Shown here: positions 43,958 to 52,713 of the stretch, one piece after another
How positions within the stretch are numbered: the first letter of the stretch is position 1
Layout of the letters: each line of letters starts with the position of its first letter
From: a virus
Virus record (IMG/VR): IMGVR_UViG_3300032738_000111
Coordinates: 1-64,000 of that record
Reading direction: 5' to 3' (one strand)
Length of the DNA: 64,000 nt
Position numbers and translations under genes: made by a program
The notes under the pieces: model-generated
Seen by the model: the letters and a program-made list of their open reading frames with translations, nothing else
What the model was told of the DNA's origin: nothing
Databases searched by the model: none

Positions 43958-44570
43958 CGCCCACCTCCAGTACGGCATCATTGAAACTATCGCGCAATGC
44001 CCGCACCCACTGCGTCCGTTCGTTGGCGCGTTGGACTTCCTTAGTATGATGCTCCGTGTGATACTCGATGTCCCGTCGCGCCTTGTCCGCCTCCTGCCGA
44101 TGGTAGGTGGAGCCGTGAAGCATTGTCGGCCTGTGAGGATCGCCGCAGTCGAATTCAATGCTCTTCTCTAGTTGCTCGGCCATGAGTTCCTTGAGGCCAT
44201 CATGGTCAGGTGTCGGCGGCGTCCAATCCTTTACCTGAATGAGCATCAGGCCATAGTCTTGGCGGCGACGTTGGTTCTCCAAAACCCACTTCTCGTACCG
44301 TTCCACATCGGCCCTATGGTTGCTTCGCGCCTCGGCATCAGCGCGACTGTAGTCCCACGCCTCAACATCTGCCAATCGCGCCTGCGCCTCCTTCAGCCCC
44401 TTGACATGATAGTCCGAGGGCTTGAACTCCTCAGGAATTGGTGCGCCCGTCGGTTCGTCGCGCATGGTTACCAACGCCCCGAAGGCGCGAGCGCATGTCC
44501 ATACGAAATCCTCGAAGCTCACGTCTTTCCCATCATAGATGTCACCCGTGTATCCAGTTGGCATAGTCAA
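43947..44570 (-). CDS. Conserved phage hypothetical protein (MPTGYT family)
   Basis: MPTGYT...F...CARAFGALVTMRDEP...WTPPTPDH.GLK..M.EQL..SI.FDC. Confidence 0.7.
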   Translation of the reverse strand: MTMPTGYTGDIYDGKDVSFEDFVWTCARAFGALVTMRDEPTGAPIPEEFKPSDYHVKGLKEAQARLADVEAWDYSRADAEARSNHRADVERYEKWVLENQRRRQDYGLMLIQVKDWTPPTPDHDGLKELMAEQLEKSIEFDCGDPHRPTMLHGSTYHRQEADKARRDIEYHTEHHTKEVQRANERTQWVRALRDSFNDAVLEVGDDN

Positions 44571-44902
44571 CTCCCCTCTCTTATTTCCAACGCGGCCTTC
44601 ACAATCCGCCGCGCCTCCGCCGACGGTATGAGCATCAAGCCACTCGCGGCATCATACATTTCGTTTTCGCGCACGAACGTCGTGTTGATACCCTGTGCAG
44701 CAAGCCACGCGCCGAGCGTCACTTCGCTTGTACCCAGTGCGTCGGCGGTCGCCTTCAGCGTTTCACAATGCGCCACGGTTGCGACGAGAATATCCCGCAG
44801 CGGCAACCCTCCGAAGCGGGCGCAGACTGCTCGTTGTAGCGCATACCTCTTATCCTCTGCTAAGTCCATGACTACCAACCCCTCTCGTTTCTGTTGCATC
44901 AT
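44567..44902 (-). CDS. HTH-like protein
   Basis: TLKATADALGTSEVTLGAWL. Confidence 0.55.
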   Translation of the reverse strand: MMQQKREGLVVMDLAEDKRYALQRAVCARFGGLPLRDILVATVAHCETLKATADALGTSEVTLGAWLAAQGINTTFVRENEMYDAASGLMLIPSAEARRIVKAALEIREGS

Positions 44903-44930
44903 TATATCCGTACCGATGGTTTCGTGTCAA
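44901..44930 (-). promoter_or_regulatory. Sigma70-type promoter
   Basis: TTGACA-18 nt-TATAAT. Confidence 0.6.
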
Positions 44931-45064
44931 GGATTATTTCGATACCGCTTGTGTGATTCCTCTGCGTGGTCATCGCTGGCCCGCGCTACCCAGACTAATC
45001 CGGCCAGCAGGAGTAGCCCGATTGCGAGGCAAAGAAGAAGGCCGATGAGTTGCCAGCTATTCAT
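44927..45064 (-). CDS. Small membrane protein
   Basis: MNSWQLIGLLLCLAIGLLLLAGLVWV; AGAGGAG RBS. Confidence 0.55.
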   Translation of the reverse strand: MNSWQLIGLLLCLAIGLLLLAGLVWVARASDDHAEESHKRYRNNP

Positions 45065-45425
45065 TGGATGTCTCCTCTGCAATTCGTTGCTCAACATGCC
45101 CCGCGCCCTCTGGGTCACTGCGCGGGAATGGTTCCTCTATCGGCACATCCACCCTCGCGCTGATAGCACTCGCCCGCTTGACTGGTTCTATCGCCGGCCA
45201 CCTGCCAAAGAGCCAAGCCCAGAACCCGCGCGGCCCGTAGAGCAGACGCGGAAGCGAGTAGCCAAATACGATAGCCATGTCCTCCACAACCCGCACCTTC
45301 GGGTCTATCAGGTCGCGCTCCAACTTACTGATGGTCGCGACGCTGAGGCCGACGATCTTGCCAAGGTCCTTCTGGGTCAAGCATCTGTCCTCTCGCGCCT
45401 GTTTGATACGGTCGCCTATGGTCAT
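45057..45425 (-). CDS. XRE/Cro-CI family HTH regulator
   Basis: IGDRIKQAREDRCLTQKDLGKIVGLSVATISKLER. Confidence 0.88.
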   Translation of the reverse strand: MTIGDRIKQAREDRCLTQKDLGKIVGLSVATISKLERDLIDPKVRVVEDMAIVFGYSLPRLLYGPRGFWAWLFGRWPAIEPVKRASAISARVDVPIEEPFPRSDPEGAGHVEQRIAEETSNE

Positions 45426-45477
45426 GTTGATTCCTCCCGCGCGTTGGTGAGCCGCGCCCCTCGGATATTATGCGTAC

Positions 45478-46170
45478 CTATTCTCTAGGCCCTGTTGCAC
45501 AATCCACACCGCGCACATGCGCCCGCCATACCTCAGGGGAGACTTGGTTTGTGCCCGCATCATTTTCATGCTCGGCAACAGTGCAGGTCACACACTTTCG
45601 CGTACCATCGTATTCAATATCATAAGCAACGCCATCAACAATTCCGTCCGTTAGGGCGGCAATTATCTTACTGTGCCACCTGCCCGTTACTATGTTGACC
45701 TCAATCGTACCGTTACCCGTAGTCTTGTTGAGTGCCCCGTCATCTGCCCGCGCCATCAATAGTGGTCGCCAGCCCGCATCATCTCCATACGGGGCAGTAC
45801 AGACAAGCTCTATACTAATCCAGAAGTGCTTGCCTGCGATTTGTAGTCGCGCAACAGGAGAGCCGCCGGGGTGCGCCATCTCATGGGCTGCAATCCATGT
45901 CTGCTTTGGCGTCGCGCCGAGCACCTTGCGATATGCCTCAGACCGCTGGGTGCAGCAGTTGAAGGTTGCCACATCTGGCGGAACAATCCTAGCCCGCTTT
46001 AGTAGCTCGTATTTACGAATTGCCTCCTGTGCCTTCGTTAGCCTATCCTGTTCTATTAGCTCGCGTTCCTGAATTATCTCCTGTGCCTTCGTTGGCTTTG
46101 TTGGCAATGCGTCACCAGCATACGCATGACACATCCTTCTCCATTCTCCCGCCGGGCTTCTCCGCATCAT
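45478..46170 (-). CDS. Hypothetical protein
   Basis: About 230 aa; GGGAGG RBS; coupled to the excisionase-like gene. Confidence 0.55.
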   Translation of the reverse strand: MMRRSPAGEWRRMCHAYAGDALPTKPTKAQEIIQERELIEQDRLTKAQEAIRKYELLKRARIVPPDVATFNCCTQRSEAYRKVLGATPKQTWIAAHEMAHPGGSPVARLQIAGKHFWISIELVCTAPYGDDAGWRPLLMARADDGALNKTTGNGTIEVNIVTGRWHSKIIAALTDGIVDGVAYDIEYDGTRKCVTCTVAEHENDAGTNQVSPEVWRAHVRGVDCATGPRE

Positions 46171-46382
46171 AATTCCTCCCGCTTCTCTATGAACCGCTGT
46201 ATCTCCGAAATGTGAAACCTGCGCTTGCCGCCAGGACCTCGGAAACACTCCAGCCGCCCGCGTTCTACATATCGGCGCACGGTAGCTGGACAGACGCCGA
46301 GTAACTCTGCCGCCTCGCTCATCCACACTACGCGGTCAAGCATCCGCGCCTTGAACGCTTCGCGCGCCTCGCTGAGGGTCAC
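46167..46382 (-). CDS. Excisionase-like (HTH_17/MerR) DNA-binding protein
   Basis: MSEAAELLGVCPATVRRYVERGRLECFRGPGGKRRF. Confidence 0.85.
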   Translation of the reverse strand: MTLSEAREAFKARMLDRVVWMSEAAELLGVCPATVRRYVERGRLECFRGPGGKRRFHISEIQRFIEKREEL

Positions 46383-46582
46383 TCTGGCACCTCTGCTTTC
46401 TCAGCCTCGCTCTTCGGCTCCTCCGTGCTCGCCACCTGCACATCATCATCCGTCAACCCTTCCCACCACTTAGTCTTGCAGACGGGGCAGGTCAGGCGGC
46501 GCAGGTAAAGGAAGCCGGCTTTCTCGACACGTTCCCTCCGAAAGTTGTGGCAGTAGCACTTGCGATTCCAGCAGTGTTGCAT
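46379..46582 (-). CDS. Small zinc-ribbon protein
   Basis: CWNRKC...CPVC. Confidence 0.55.
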   Translation of the reverse strand: MQHCWNRKCYCHNFRRERVEKAGFLYLRRLTCPVCKTKWWEGLTDDDVQVASTEEPKSEAEKAEVPE

Positions 46583-46583
46583 G

Positions 46584-46859
46584 TCAGTCCTCCTCTTCTG
46601 AGTTATCGCCCGGCAGCCGAGACCATCCACTGCCGCCCAACTCGCCCATTGTCTCGCTGCCGCCAATCTGAATCTCCTCGACTGTGACAGATTCGTGCTC
46701 TTCGCCGAGCGAGACTTGGATAGGTTGCGGCAGTAGGATTCTCAGTACAACATCAGGCGGCATGATAGATGCGAGACTGCGACACCTCCCTTGCGCATCG
46801 TATGTTTCCGCGCATTCGCCAACACCCAAGATATGGCCTGTCTGTATGTACCTAATCAT
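46584..46859 (-). CDS. Hypothetical protein
   Basis: GAGG RBS. Confidence 0.5.
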   Translation of the reverse strand: MIRYIQTGHILGVGECAETYDAQGRCRSLASIMPPDVVLRILLPQPIQVSLGEEHESVTVEEIQIGGSETMGELGGSGWSRLPGDNSEEED

Positions 46860-46967
46860 GATTCTTCCTCCTATTCTTCAGAGTGTGCTACTATCTCCCG
46901 AACCATCTGCGCCAAAGTACCGGCCCTAGCACGAACGCCATGAGACCTGCAATCAGGCCGAGTGTGT

Positions 46968-47147
46968 TCATACCCGTTCGCCCTTTCCCGTAGTGTCATT
47001 GACGCGGCTCACACACTGGCCGGGGTAAGTCACCTTAGCCATCAGGCCGTACCTCTCAGCAAACCACACCTCGCCAGTCACGGTATTCAAGATAACTGCC
47101 TCAGTATCCGTTGTTGCTAGCTGGTATCTGCCCACTTCGTTGTCCAT
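46968..47147 (-). CDS. Small hypothetical protein
   Basis: GRYQL...VILNTVTGEVW; GGGGAG RBS. Confidence 0.55.
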   Translation of the reverse strand: MDNEVGRYQLATTDTEAVILNTVTGEVWFAERYGLMAKVTYPGQCVSRVNDTTGKGERV

Positions 47148-47182
47148 GTCCGTCTCCCCTTTGCCCGTTGTGGTTGCCCGTA

Positions 47183-47527
47183 TTAGTGTTCCCGTTCTCT
47201 CGCTCTTTCCTCGGCCCTGTCCTGCTCGCCCCAGTCCTCCGTCTCGCCCGCGCGGTGCTTCTCTTGGAGCTTCTCGGACATGCGCTGCTGGTAGGTCTCG
47301 TTGGCGCGGATGGCGGCGGCAATGTGTTGCTGGAATGCTACTGATAGTTCTAGCCGCCAATCACACACAAAGTTCTCCATTTCGAACAGTAGGTCAGAGT
47401 CGCTGATGTCAAGTTCCTCGCAGAGTTCAACCAAGTCCATCTCGGCCAGCTTCGCCTCCACGTTGTCGGTAGCGTAGTCCAAAGCCCTGTTGCCTGCGTC
47501 GTCGTGCGGGTCATTAGTGCCGGTCAT
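47183..47527 (-). CDS. Acidic hypothetical protein, paralogue family F
   Basis: DPHDDAGNRALDYATDNVEAKLAEMDL...AAIRANETYQ. Confidence 0.7.
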   Translation of the reverse strand: MTGTNDPHDDAGNRALDYATDNVEAKLAEMDLVELCEELDISDSDLLFEMENFVCDWRLELSVAFQQHIAAAIRANETYQQRMSEKLQEKHRAGETEDWGEQDRAEERAREREH

Positions 47528-47913
47528 TTCGAGGCCTCCCTTTTTGCTGCCGTCAACATTGCGGCCCTCGCCTCCAGCCGTTCTTTTCCGCCGCCTTCTA
47601 CATAGCGCCGGTAAGCGCGTTCGTCCTCTAATCTCTCGCCACGCTCCGCACCTTCGTTTTCCTTCTTCTTCTTCTCCGCATCCAACCGTTCTTTCCATTG
47701 CCGATACCAAGCATCTGCGCACTTGCAGGCCATGTTGAGGGACCGATACCCCTCGTTGCCGCCAAATGCGCGGACCTTATGCCCATTCTCTGATATGGCA
47801 ATCCATGCGTAGCGACCAATGCCTCGACCTGTCACGAGCAACACCGTATAGTGCTCGAAGCGTCGCCAACAAATCTCCCCGCTGTCGGTAGTAACCTCGT
47901 GCCAAGATGTCAT
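47524..47913 (-). CDS. Hypothetical protein
   Basis: Coupled early-region ORF. Confidence 0.55.
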   Translation of the reverse strand: MTSWHEVTTDSGEICWRRFEHYTVLLVTGRGIGRYAWIAISENGHKVRAFGGNEGYRSLNMACKCADAWYRQWKERLDAEKKKKENEGAERGERLEDERAYRRYVEGGGKERLEARAAMLTAAKREASK

Positions 47914-48095
47914 GTTCCGCCCTCCCTAAGCGTCTCCAACAGCTTATCAGTCGCTTCCCGCAACTGCTCTGCAGCTTCCGTCGCCTCTGCTATCTTGACA
48001 ACAAGCCTCGCATCCATTTCCTCGAGGCGCTCAATGTCCTGAGCGTACTTGAGGTTGCCGAGAAACCAGTGCCGCACTCGTTGTTGCCAGGTCAT
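47910..48095 (-). CDS. Hypothetical coiled-coil protein
   Basis: GGAGG RBS. Confidence 0.55.
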   Translation of the reverse strand: MTWQQRVRHWFLGNLKYAQDIERLEEMDARLVVKIAEATEAAEQLREATDKLLETLREGGT

Positions 48096-48096
48096 C

Positions 48097-48378
48097 TCAT
48101 CCCTCCTCCAATCTAAGCAACTCGTCTATCCGCGCTGCCTTCTCCAGCAGGTCCGGTGCAAGCGCGTCCATCCCGTCCCGCACCTGCCGCAGGATAGTCC
48201 CGCTCACCTGCGCCCCTTGCTCCAGCGCGGTCAGTATATCTCCCGTAGTCTGCGCCGCCCTCTCTGCCTGCTGCTGCCATTCTTGCAGGTCGAGTATCAC
48301 ACGGTCGCGCAGGTTCTGCTTGTGTTGCTCGGCCTCCTGTGCGGACATGCCGATGCGTCCGATGATTGTTGGGGTCAT
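48097..48378 (-). CDS. Hypothetical coiled-coil protein
   Basis: GAGGAG RBS. Confidence 0.5.
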   Translation of the reverse strand: MTPTIIGRIGMSAQEAEQHKQNLRDRVILDLQEWQQQAERAAQTTGDILTALEQGAQVSGTILRQVRDGMDALAPDLLEKAARIDELLRLEEG

Positions 48379-48545
48379 GGCGAGGACTCCTCTTCGATTT
48401 CGTCTGCCAGCTTCCTGACGAGCCGCGCGCCCCACCCATAAGCACTGCGGGCACTTGATTCGGCTACGGGTGCACAATCCTCCGCGTCGGCAGTTAGATT
48501 CCCTTGTATCCCTCGTAGCTTCGCAACTATGTCCTTGGTAGTCAT
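48375..48545 (-). CDS. Hypothetical protein
   Basis: GGGAGG RBS. Confidence 0.5.
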   Translation of the reverse strand: MTTKDIVAKLRGIQGNLTADAEDCAPVAESSARSAYGWGARLVRKLADEIEEESSP

Positions 48546-48573
48546 CGTATTTCCTCCCGCGCTGTCGCGCTGC

Positions 48574-48927
48574 TCAAGTGGTGGCTGCCCATACGTGTAG
48601 CAATTCACTGTCCGTCACTTCCTCCGGCGGCGGGCAGTCTACACGCCACTCGCGAATCACTATGCCGGTTGACTTGATAGTATACTCAGAGTAACGCAGG
48701 CGGCGGCGCGGCACTTGCCAACGGCGGCGCACCAGCCCGTCGTGCTCTTCGCAGCAAAGGACATACTTGCCTTTGAGGGCCTCAATGTACGCAGTCGTGT
48801 ATGTCCGGCAACCCATCAGATACCCGTAGCAGAGGCAGACTGGGTCGCCCACGCGAAGCCCTTGCGATTTGTCGGCCCGCTGGCGACTATCCTGAATTGC
48901 CTTGCGTTGCGCGTCTGTGTATGCCAT
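48574..48927 (-). CDS. Hypothetical protein (SH3-like barrel?)
   Basis: LRVGDPVC... pattern. Confidence 0.5.
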   Translation of the reverse strand: MAYTDAQRKAIQDSRQRADKSQGLRVGDPVCLCYGYLMGCRTYTTAYIEALKGKYVLCCEEHDGLVRRRWQVPRRRLRYSEYTIKSTGIVIREWRVDCPPPEEVTDSELLHVWAATT

Positions 48928-48997
48928 GTGATTCTTTCCTTCCCGTTTGATACTACCGCTTGAGGGCAGGAACCCGGCCTGCCCTCCCGCAGGAGTA

Positions 48998-49177
48998 TCA
49001 CCCTTTCCGTAGTCGCCGCGCCCAGTACAGGCAGGCGGCGGCTCCCAACCGTGCCGCCTTCTGGTCACGTTTCAACTGCTGTTGCCTCGCGATCTCTGTC
49101 ATTCGCGCCGCCATGTTCACACAGTCTATCACGGTGTATTTCTCCGGCAACTGCCATGTCTTCCATGCTTGTTCCAT
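48998..49177 (-). CDS. Hypothetical protein
   Basis: GGGAGG RBS. Confidence 0.5.
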   Translation of the reverse strand: MEQAWKTWQLPEKYTVIDCVNMAARMTEIARQQQLKRDQKAARLGAAACLYWARRLRKG

Positions 49178-49245
49178 CTTAGCTTCCTCCCGTCCTGTTG
49201 ATCCGCCCGCCTCTGCCCTCCCGCAAGAGGGCAGGTGTAGATGGG

Positions 49246-49527
49246 TCAATGCTCTGCACCCTCCGGTATTGGCTCCAGTCCATACGTCATTCCCTCCAGC
49301 ACCTCATCCCATAGTTCGTGTATCGGTGCGTCCTCCACTGTCGCACGGGAGCGGTCTATGACATAGAACATACACCCGTTGCTGCCGAACACAAACCCGT
49401 CTGGCGCCTCCAACTCTATCTCGCTAATCCAGTTCGCGCTGTAGTCATCGCCTTGGGATATGTGCAGCACCACGTTCATTTCCTCTGCTTGCCGGAGAGC
49501 CTTCTGTTTGATGCTTTCCCTTGCCAT
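49246..49527 (-). CDS. Hypothetical protein
   Basis: GGGAGG RBS. Confidence 0.6.
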   Translation of the reverse strand: MARESIKQKALRQAEEMNVVLHISQGDDYSANWISEIELEAPDGFVFGSNGCMFYVIDRSRATVEDAPIHELWDEVLEGMTYGLEPIPEGAEH

Positions 49528-49607
49528 GCCCTTCCTCCCTACTCGTTCTAACCGCCCGCGCAGGCCTTCCGTGAAAGCCCGCGCCGAGGGTTACTCGGCG
49601 GTCAATG

Positions 49608-49829
49608 CTACACCTCCTCAAATATGGATATGACCATCTGTGGATACTTCGCGGAGGCTTGGTCGGCCACATTGACAGCGCAGGCCTCCTCAGTGAACTT
49701 CGTACCGCGCCCGGACTTGACGAGTTCCAACTTGCCATCCGAGTCCACGACCACTTCATCTGCCCCGCCGAGCGGCCACTTCGCTGCGCTTCTGTGAAGC
49801 GCCTCTATCCAAATCTTTCCCTTTGCCAT
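49608..49829 (-). CDS. Hypothetical protein
   Basis: AAGGAG RBS. Confidence 0.6.
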   Translation of the reverse strand: MAKGKIWIEALHRSAAKWPLGGADEVVVDSDGKLELVKSGRGTKFTEEACAVNVADQASAKYPQMVISIFEEV

Positions 49830-49889
49830 GCCATTCTCTCCTTCGCCTGTCTGCCAGGCTTGATGGGTGCGGGTGGGGCGAGGGGCTGG

Positions 49890-50105
49890 TTAGCTATAGC
49901 CGCGAGCTGTCCAGAGGCCCGCTATGTAGAGCTGCAGGCAACGGGTTCGCCGGCCTGAGTTATTCGGGAACCGTGACGCCAGTGCTTGCTTGCAATCCTC
50001 TATCAGACTGTTGTAGTGCTCATCGCCGGATAGTTCGGCCAGTCTCTGCTTGAGTAGGTTTGTCTTCGTGTTTGCCATGTTATTCGCCTCCAGTGTGTTG
50101 TTCAT
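49890..50105 (-). CDS. Hypothetical protein, first gene of the early region
   Basis: Directly downstream of the promoter; GGAGG before the second ATG. Confidence 0.55.
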   Translation of the reverse strand: MNNTLEANNMANTKTNLLKQRLAELSGDEHYNSLIEDCKQALASRFPNNSGRRTRCLQLYIAGLWTARGYS

Positions 50106-50114
50106 TGTGCCTGT

Positions 50115-50172
50115 ATTCTACCAAATGGTTTAGCCTAAGTCAAGGGTCTAAGCTCAAGATTAGCTCAAGATT
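50115..50172 (-). promoter_or_regulatory. Early promoter with upstream direct repeat (candidate operator)
   Basis: TTGACT-17-TAGAAT (50143-50115); AGCTCAAGATT x2 (50151-50172). Confidence 0.65.
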
Positions 50173-50251
50173 GATGGGTGCTCGAATTGGACAAACAGTT
50201 GGCATTTCTTTACGTGTGCCCGCATTGTCTGACGGCCAGAATCCAGGCACG

Positions 50252-50286
50252 AAAAAACACCCGCCGGAAGCGTCTCCAGCGGGCGT
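50252..50286 (-). terminator. Intrinsic terminator ending the late/lysis operon
   Basis: ACGCCCGCTGGA...TCCGGCGGGTG-TTTTTT. Confidence 0.85.
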
Positions 50287-50319
50287 AAGTTACTCAGTCG
50301 GCGAGGTGGAGCGGTTGTC

Positions 50320-50652
50320 TTAGAAGGTCACGTTGATGATATACAGGCGGCCCTTGATGCAATCGTATCGGAATGACCAGTACGCACAGAAGCCTCCGCC
50401 TTTCACAAGCGGCGTCAACTCACCGAGCTTGTCATACCTTCCCGATACTCCGAGGGCCAGAGAATTCTCATCGGACAGATAGAGCAGGTCAACCCAACCA
50501 GACAGGTCGCCCTTCTCAGCTACTTTGTACGAGGCCATTCCGTTGATGGGAATGGTACCCGTGCTTGTCACGATGCTGAATGACAGAGCATCTCCAGCAA
50601 ACGCGGTGCAGGTCAATGCCAGCAACGCGACTGCGATCATCAGTGGTCTCAT
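50320..50652 (-). CDS. Exported beta-strand-rich protein ending in Phe
   Basis: Signal peptide ...TAFA; amphipathic strands; C-terminal YIINVTF. Confidence 0.65.
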   Translation of the reverse strand: MRPLMIAVALLALTCTAFAGDALSFSIVTSTGTIPINGMASYKVAEKGDLSGWVDLLYLSDENSLALGVSGRYDKLGELTPLVKGGGFCAYWSFRYDCIKGRLYIINVTF

Positions 50653-50665
50653 GTTTCACCTCCAG

Positions 50666-51373
50666 TCAGTCAGCCCAGTCAGGCCGTTCTATGTAGAGCT
50701 TCTTTTGGTCGGCGATGTGGTCACCGCCGCGTACCATCCGCAGTGCGGCCACGACCTCGCCGTTGCTATGCTCGATGAGTTTCACGAGCGTAGTCTGCTC
50801 CCCTCCGAGCCGCGTTGCAAGTTCGCTCCGTACCCAACCCATTGACACCTTGCTACCGGGGCAGGTCTTGTTCGCCACATCCCTATGGGCAAAGCAGTTC
50901 TCTGCTGGTATCTCCCATATCTTGTGAACCATTGCCAGCACGTCAAGAGAAGTCGCCATTGCGCGGGAGGTCTCCGGGTCTTCCGTGTCGAAATCGCCGA
51001 TGGTCTCTATGCCGAAGCCATAATGATTCGGCCACGCGCGGTCAAAGTTGCAGAGGTTGTAGAGCCGCCGTGACCGCTGCTTGACATCATTCCACGAGCG
51101 CGACACATGAGCATGGCACCAATTGCCTGCGCGGAGGTTGCGCCCGTTGTACACATTCCCGTCTGGCGCGGTGTAGGCATTGGCAGCGATGTCAGACCAA
51201 CCCAGGCCCAGGTGATACCGGCGGATGTTCTCAATGGTACTCAGCCCGCGATACTGACTGGCGTTCGGCGACCAAGTGTGGTGCAGGAACGTAGCCCTCG
51301 GAGCGCGGTACGTCTGCTGGCCCTTCAGGTATAGCTCGAAGTCCTCAAGCGTGTGCGCCCGGATAGTGACCAT
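50666..51373 (-). CDS. Endolysin, N-acetylmuramoyl-L-alanine amidase (Amidase_2)
   Basis: LHHT, IRRYH..GWSDI, GIETIGDFD, AHRD..KTCPG. Confidence 0.9.
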   Translation of the reverse strand: MVTIRAHTLEDFELYLKGQQTYRAPRATFLHHTWSPNASQYRGLSTIENIRRYHLGLGWSDIAANAYTAPDGNVYNGRNLRAGNWCHAHVSRSWNDVKQRSRRLYNLCNFDRAWPNHYGFGIETIGDFDTEDPETSRAMATSLDVLAMVHKIWEIPAENCFAHRDVANKTCPGSKVSMGWVRSELATRLGGEQTTLVKLIEHSNGEVVAALRMVRGGDHIADQKKLYIERPDWAD

Positions 51374-51376
51374 TGG

Positions 51377-51706
51377 CTAGGCCCCTTCGCCTTGGTCGCC
51401 GTCATCCCACTCAGTAATCATCTTGATATGCTCTGCTGCCTTGCGTGGTGCCCGCACTACATCGCGGACAATCTTGGGGGCGTACACTGCGACCATGGCG
51501 ATTGCCGCGACGGCTACCCACTCCGGCAGGATACCCAACACGCCACAGCTAGTTGCAGTCACTGTAAGCAAGCCCGCGATAGTCGCAGCCCACTCACCCG
51601 CAAGCGCAGGCACAACATGCTTGAACAAGTCAACCAGTGCCGCGCTCGCCGGTGCGAATATGGCGATGAGAATCGCGGCCTCCTGTGCTATCGTTGCGTA
51701 GTCCAT
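51377..51706 (-). CDS. Holin (putative)
   Basis: Three hydrophobic segments, charged C-terminus, adjacent to the endolysin. Confidence 0.7.
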   Translation of the reverse strand: MDYATIAQEAAILIAIFAPASAALVDLFKHVVPALAGEWAATIAGLLTVTATSCGVLGILPEWVAVAAIAMVAVYAPKIVRDVVRAPRKAAEHIKMITEWDDGDQGEGA

Positions 51707-51981
51707 TATTGGTCCCTCCTTGTATTTGATTCGATGCGCCTCAGACTGCGCCGTATCTCGTCGAACTGCGCGTCTATTTCGCCCCTCGACATGAAGGCTT
51801 CGTCAAGGACAGTCTTGCTCCAGTGGATATTGTTATCGGCTACATGGCTTGTGAGTATCTGGCCTTGTGCGGCGGCGTAGGACACCCAACCGACTAGCGC
51901 GGTCGCGAGTAGTATCGCAACGCCGAGTGTCACCGTGTACCGCTTGCTGATATTGTAACCACCGTTGCCATCGCGCCTCAT
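51706..51981 (-). CDS. Single-TM lysis-cassette membrane protein
   Basis: TM plus C-terminal coiled coil. Confidence 0.55.
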   Translation of the reverse strand: MRRDGNGGYNISKRYTVTLGVAILLATALVGWVSYAAAQGQILTSHVADNNIHWSKTVLDEAFMSRGEIDAQFDEIRRSLRRIESNTRRDQ

Positions 51982-52081
51982 GCTCGATTCTCCCTGTGCG
52001 ATTCTGCGTTTCTTCACTTAGTGGTAAACCCCGGCGCAGTCACCGACGGAGGGCAGGCCGTCGGCGACATGCGCTAGGGGC

Positions 52082-52108
52082 AAAAGGCGGGGAGGGGCAT
52101 CCCCGCCC
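52082..52108 (-). terminator. Intrinsic terminator after tail genes
   Basis: GGCGGGGA/TCCCCGCC stem plus TTTT. Confidence 0.65.
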
Positions 52109-52125
52109 AAACTGCGGTGAATGCC

Positions 52126-52713
52126 TCAGTCGAACACATTGATGTCATAGGTGCAACCGTCGCGCTCCACATCGCCCGCCGCTGTGGTATAGGTCACAAG
52201 TATCTTTACCCGCTTCACACCTGGCCGCGTTGTAACCCCGCTGGCCGCAGTGATACCATAGCTGGCAACGCCACTGCTGATAGCCATAGCCACTGGCCCG
52301 ACGATTGCGTAGCCGGGCAACCGGAATGTATCACCGGCTGCGGGCGTCACTGGCAACGGAATCCCCGTAGTCGCAAGGGTGAAGGTTCCGTCGCTGACAA
52401 AGCTAGTGACCATCCACGCCCCGTCCTTGAGCGCAGTACCGGAAGTGAACTGAAGCATCATGTACTTCCAGAGGTCATTAGCCTGGTCGAAATCGCTATC
52501 AACTACCGTCGTGCTCGTGGCGCTATCAACGGTGCCAGTGACTTCCTCGTCAGCGTCATATATCCAAATCTCAGCGGAGGTTATATTGAGCTTCGCTTCA
52601 CCCGCCAGTGATAGGTCGGTACTACTGCGTATCCTCTGCATCAGTTGCAGGCGGATAGTCTTGTCGCCATTGACGGGTATGTGGAGCGCGAACTTTGAGC
52701 CTTGGTCGGCCAT
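52126..52713 (-). CDS. Putative virion structural protein
   Basis: Beta-rich, GTVDSATSTTVVDS..NDLW..LQFTSG module; lies in the tail cluster. Confidence 0.6.
   Translation of the reverse strand: MADQGSKFALHIPVNGDKTIRLQLMQRIRSSTDLSLAGEAKLNITSAEIWIYDADEEVTGTVDSATSTTVVDSDFDQANDLWKYMMLQFTSGTALKDGAWMVTSFVSDGTFTLATTGIPLPVTPAAGDTFRLPGYAIVGPVAMAISSGVASYGITAASGVTTRPGVKRVKILVTYTTAAGDVERDGCTYDINVFD

Noticed and set aside
44172-45488. 438-aa plus-strand ORF
   Set aside because: It is antisense to several well-supported minus-strand genes (XRE, MPTGYT family) and has no motifs; a shadow ORF.
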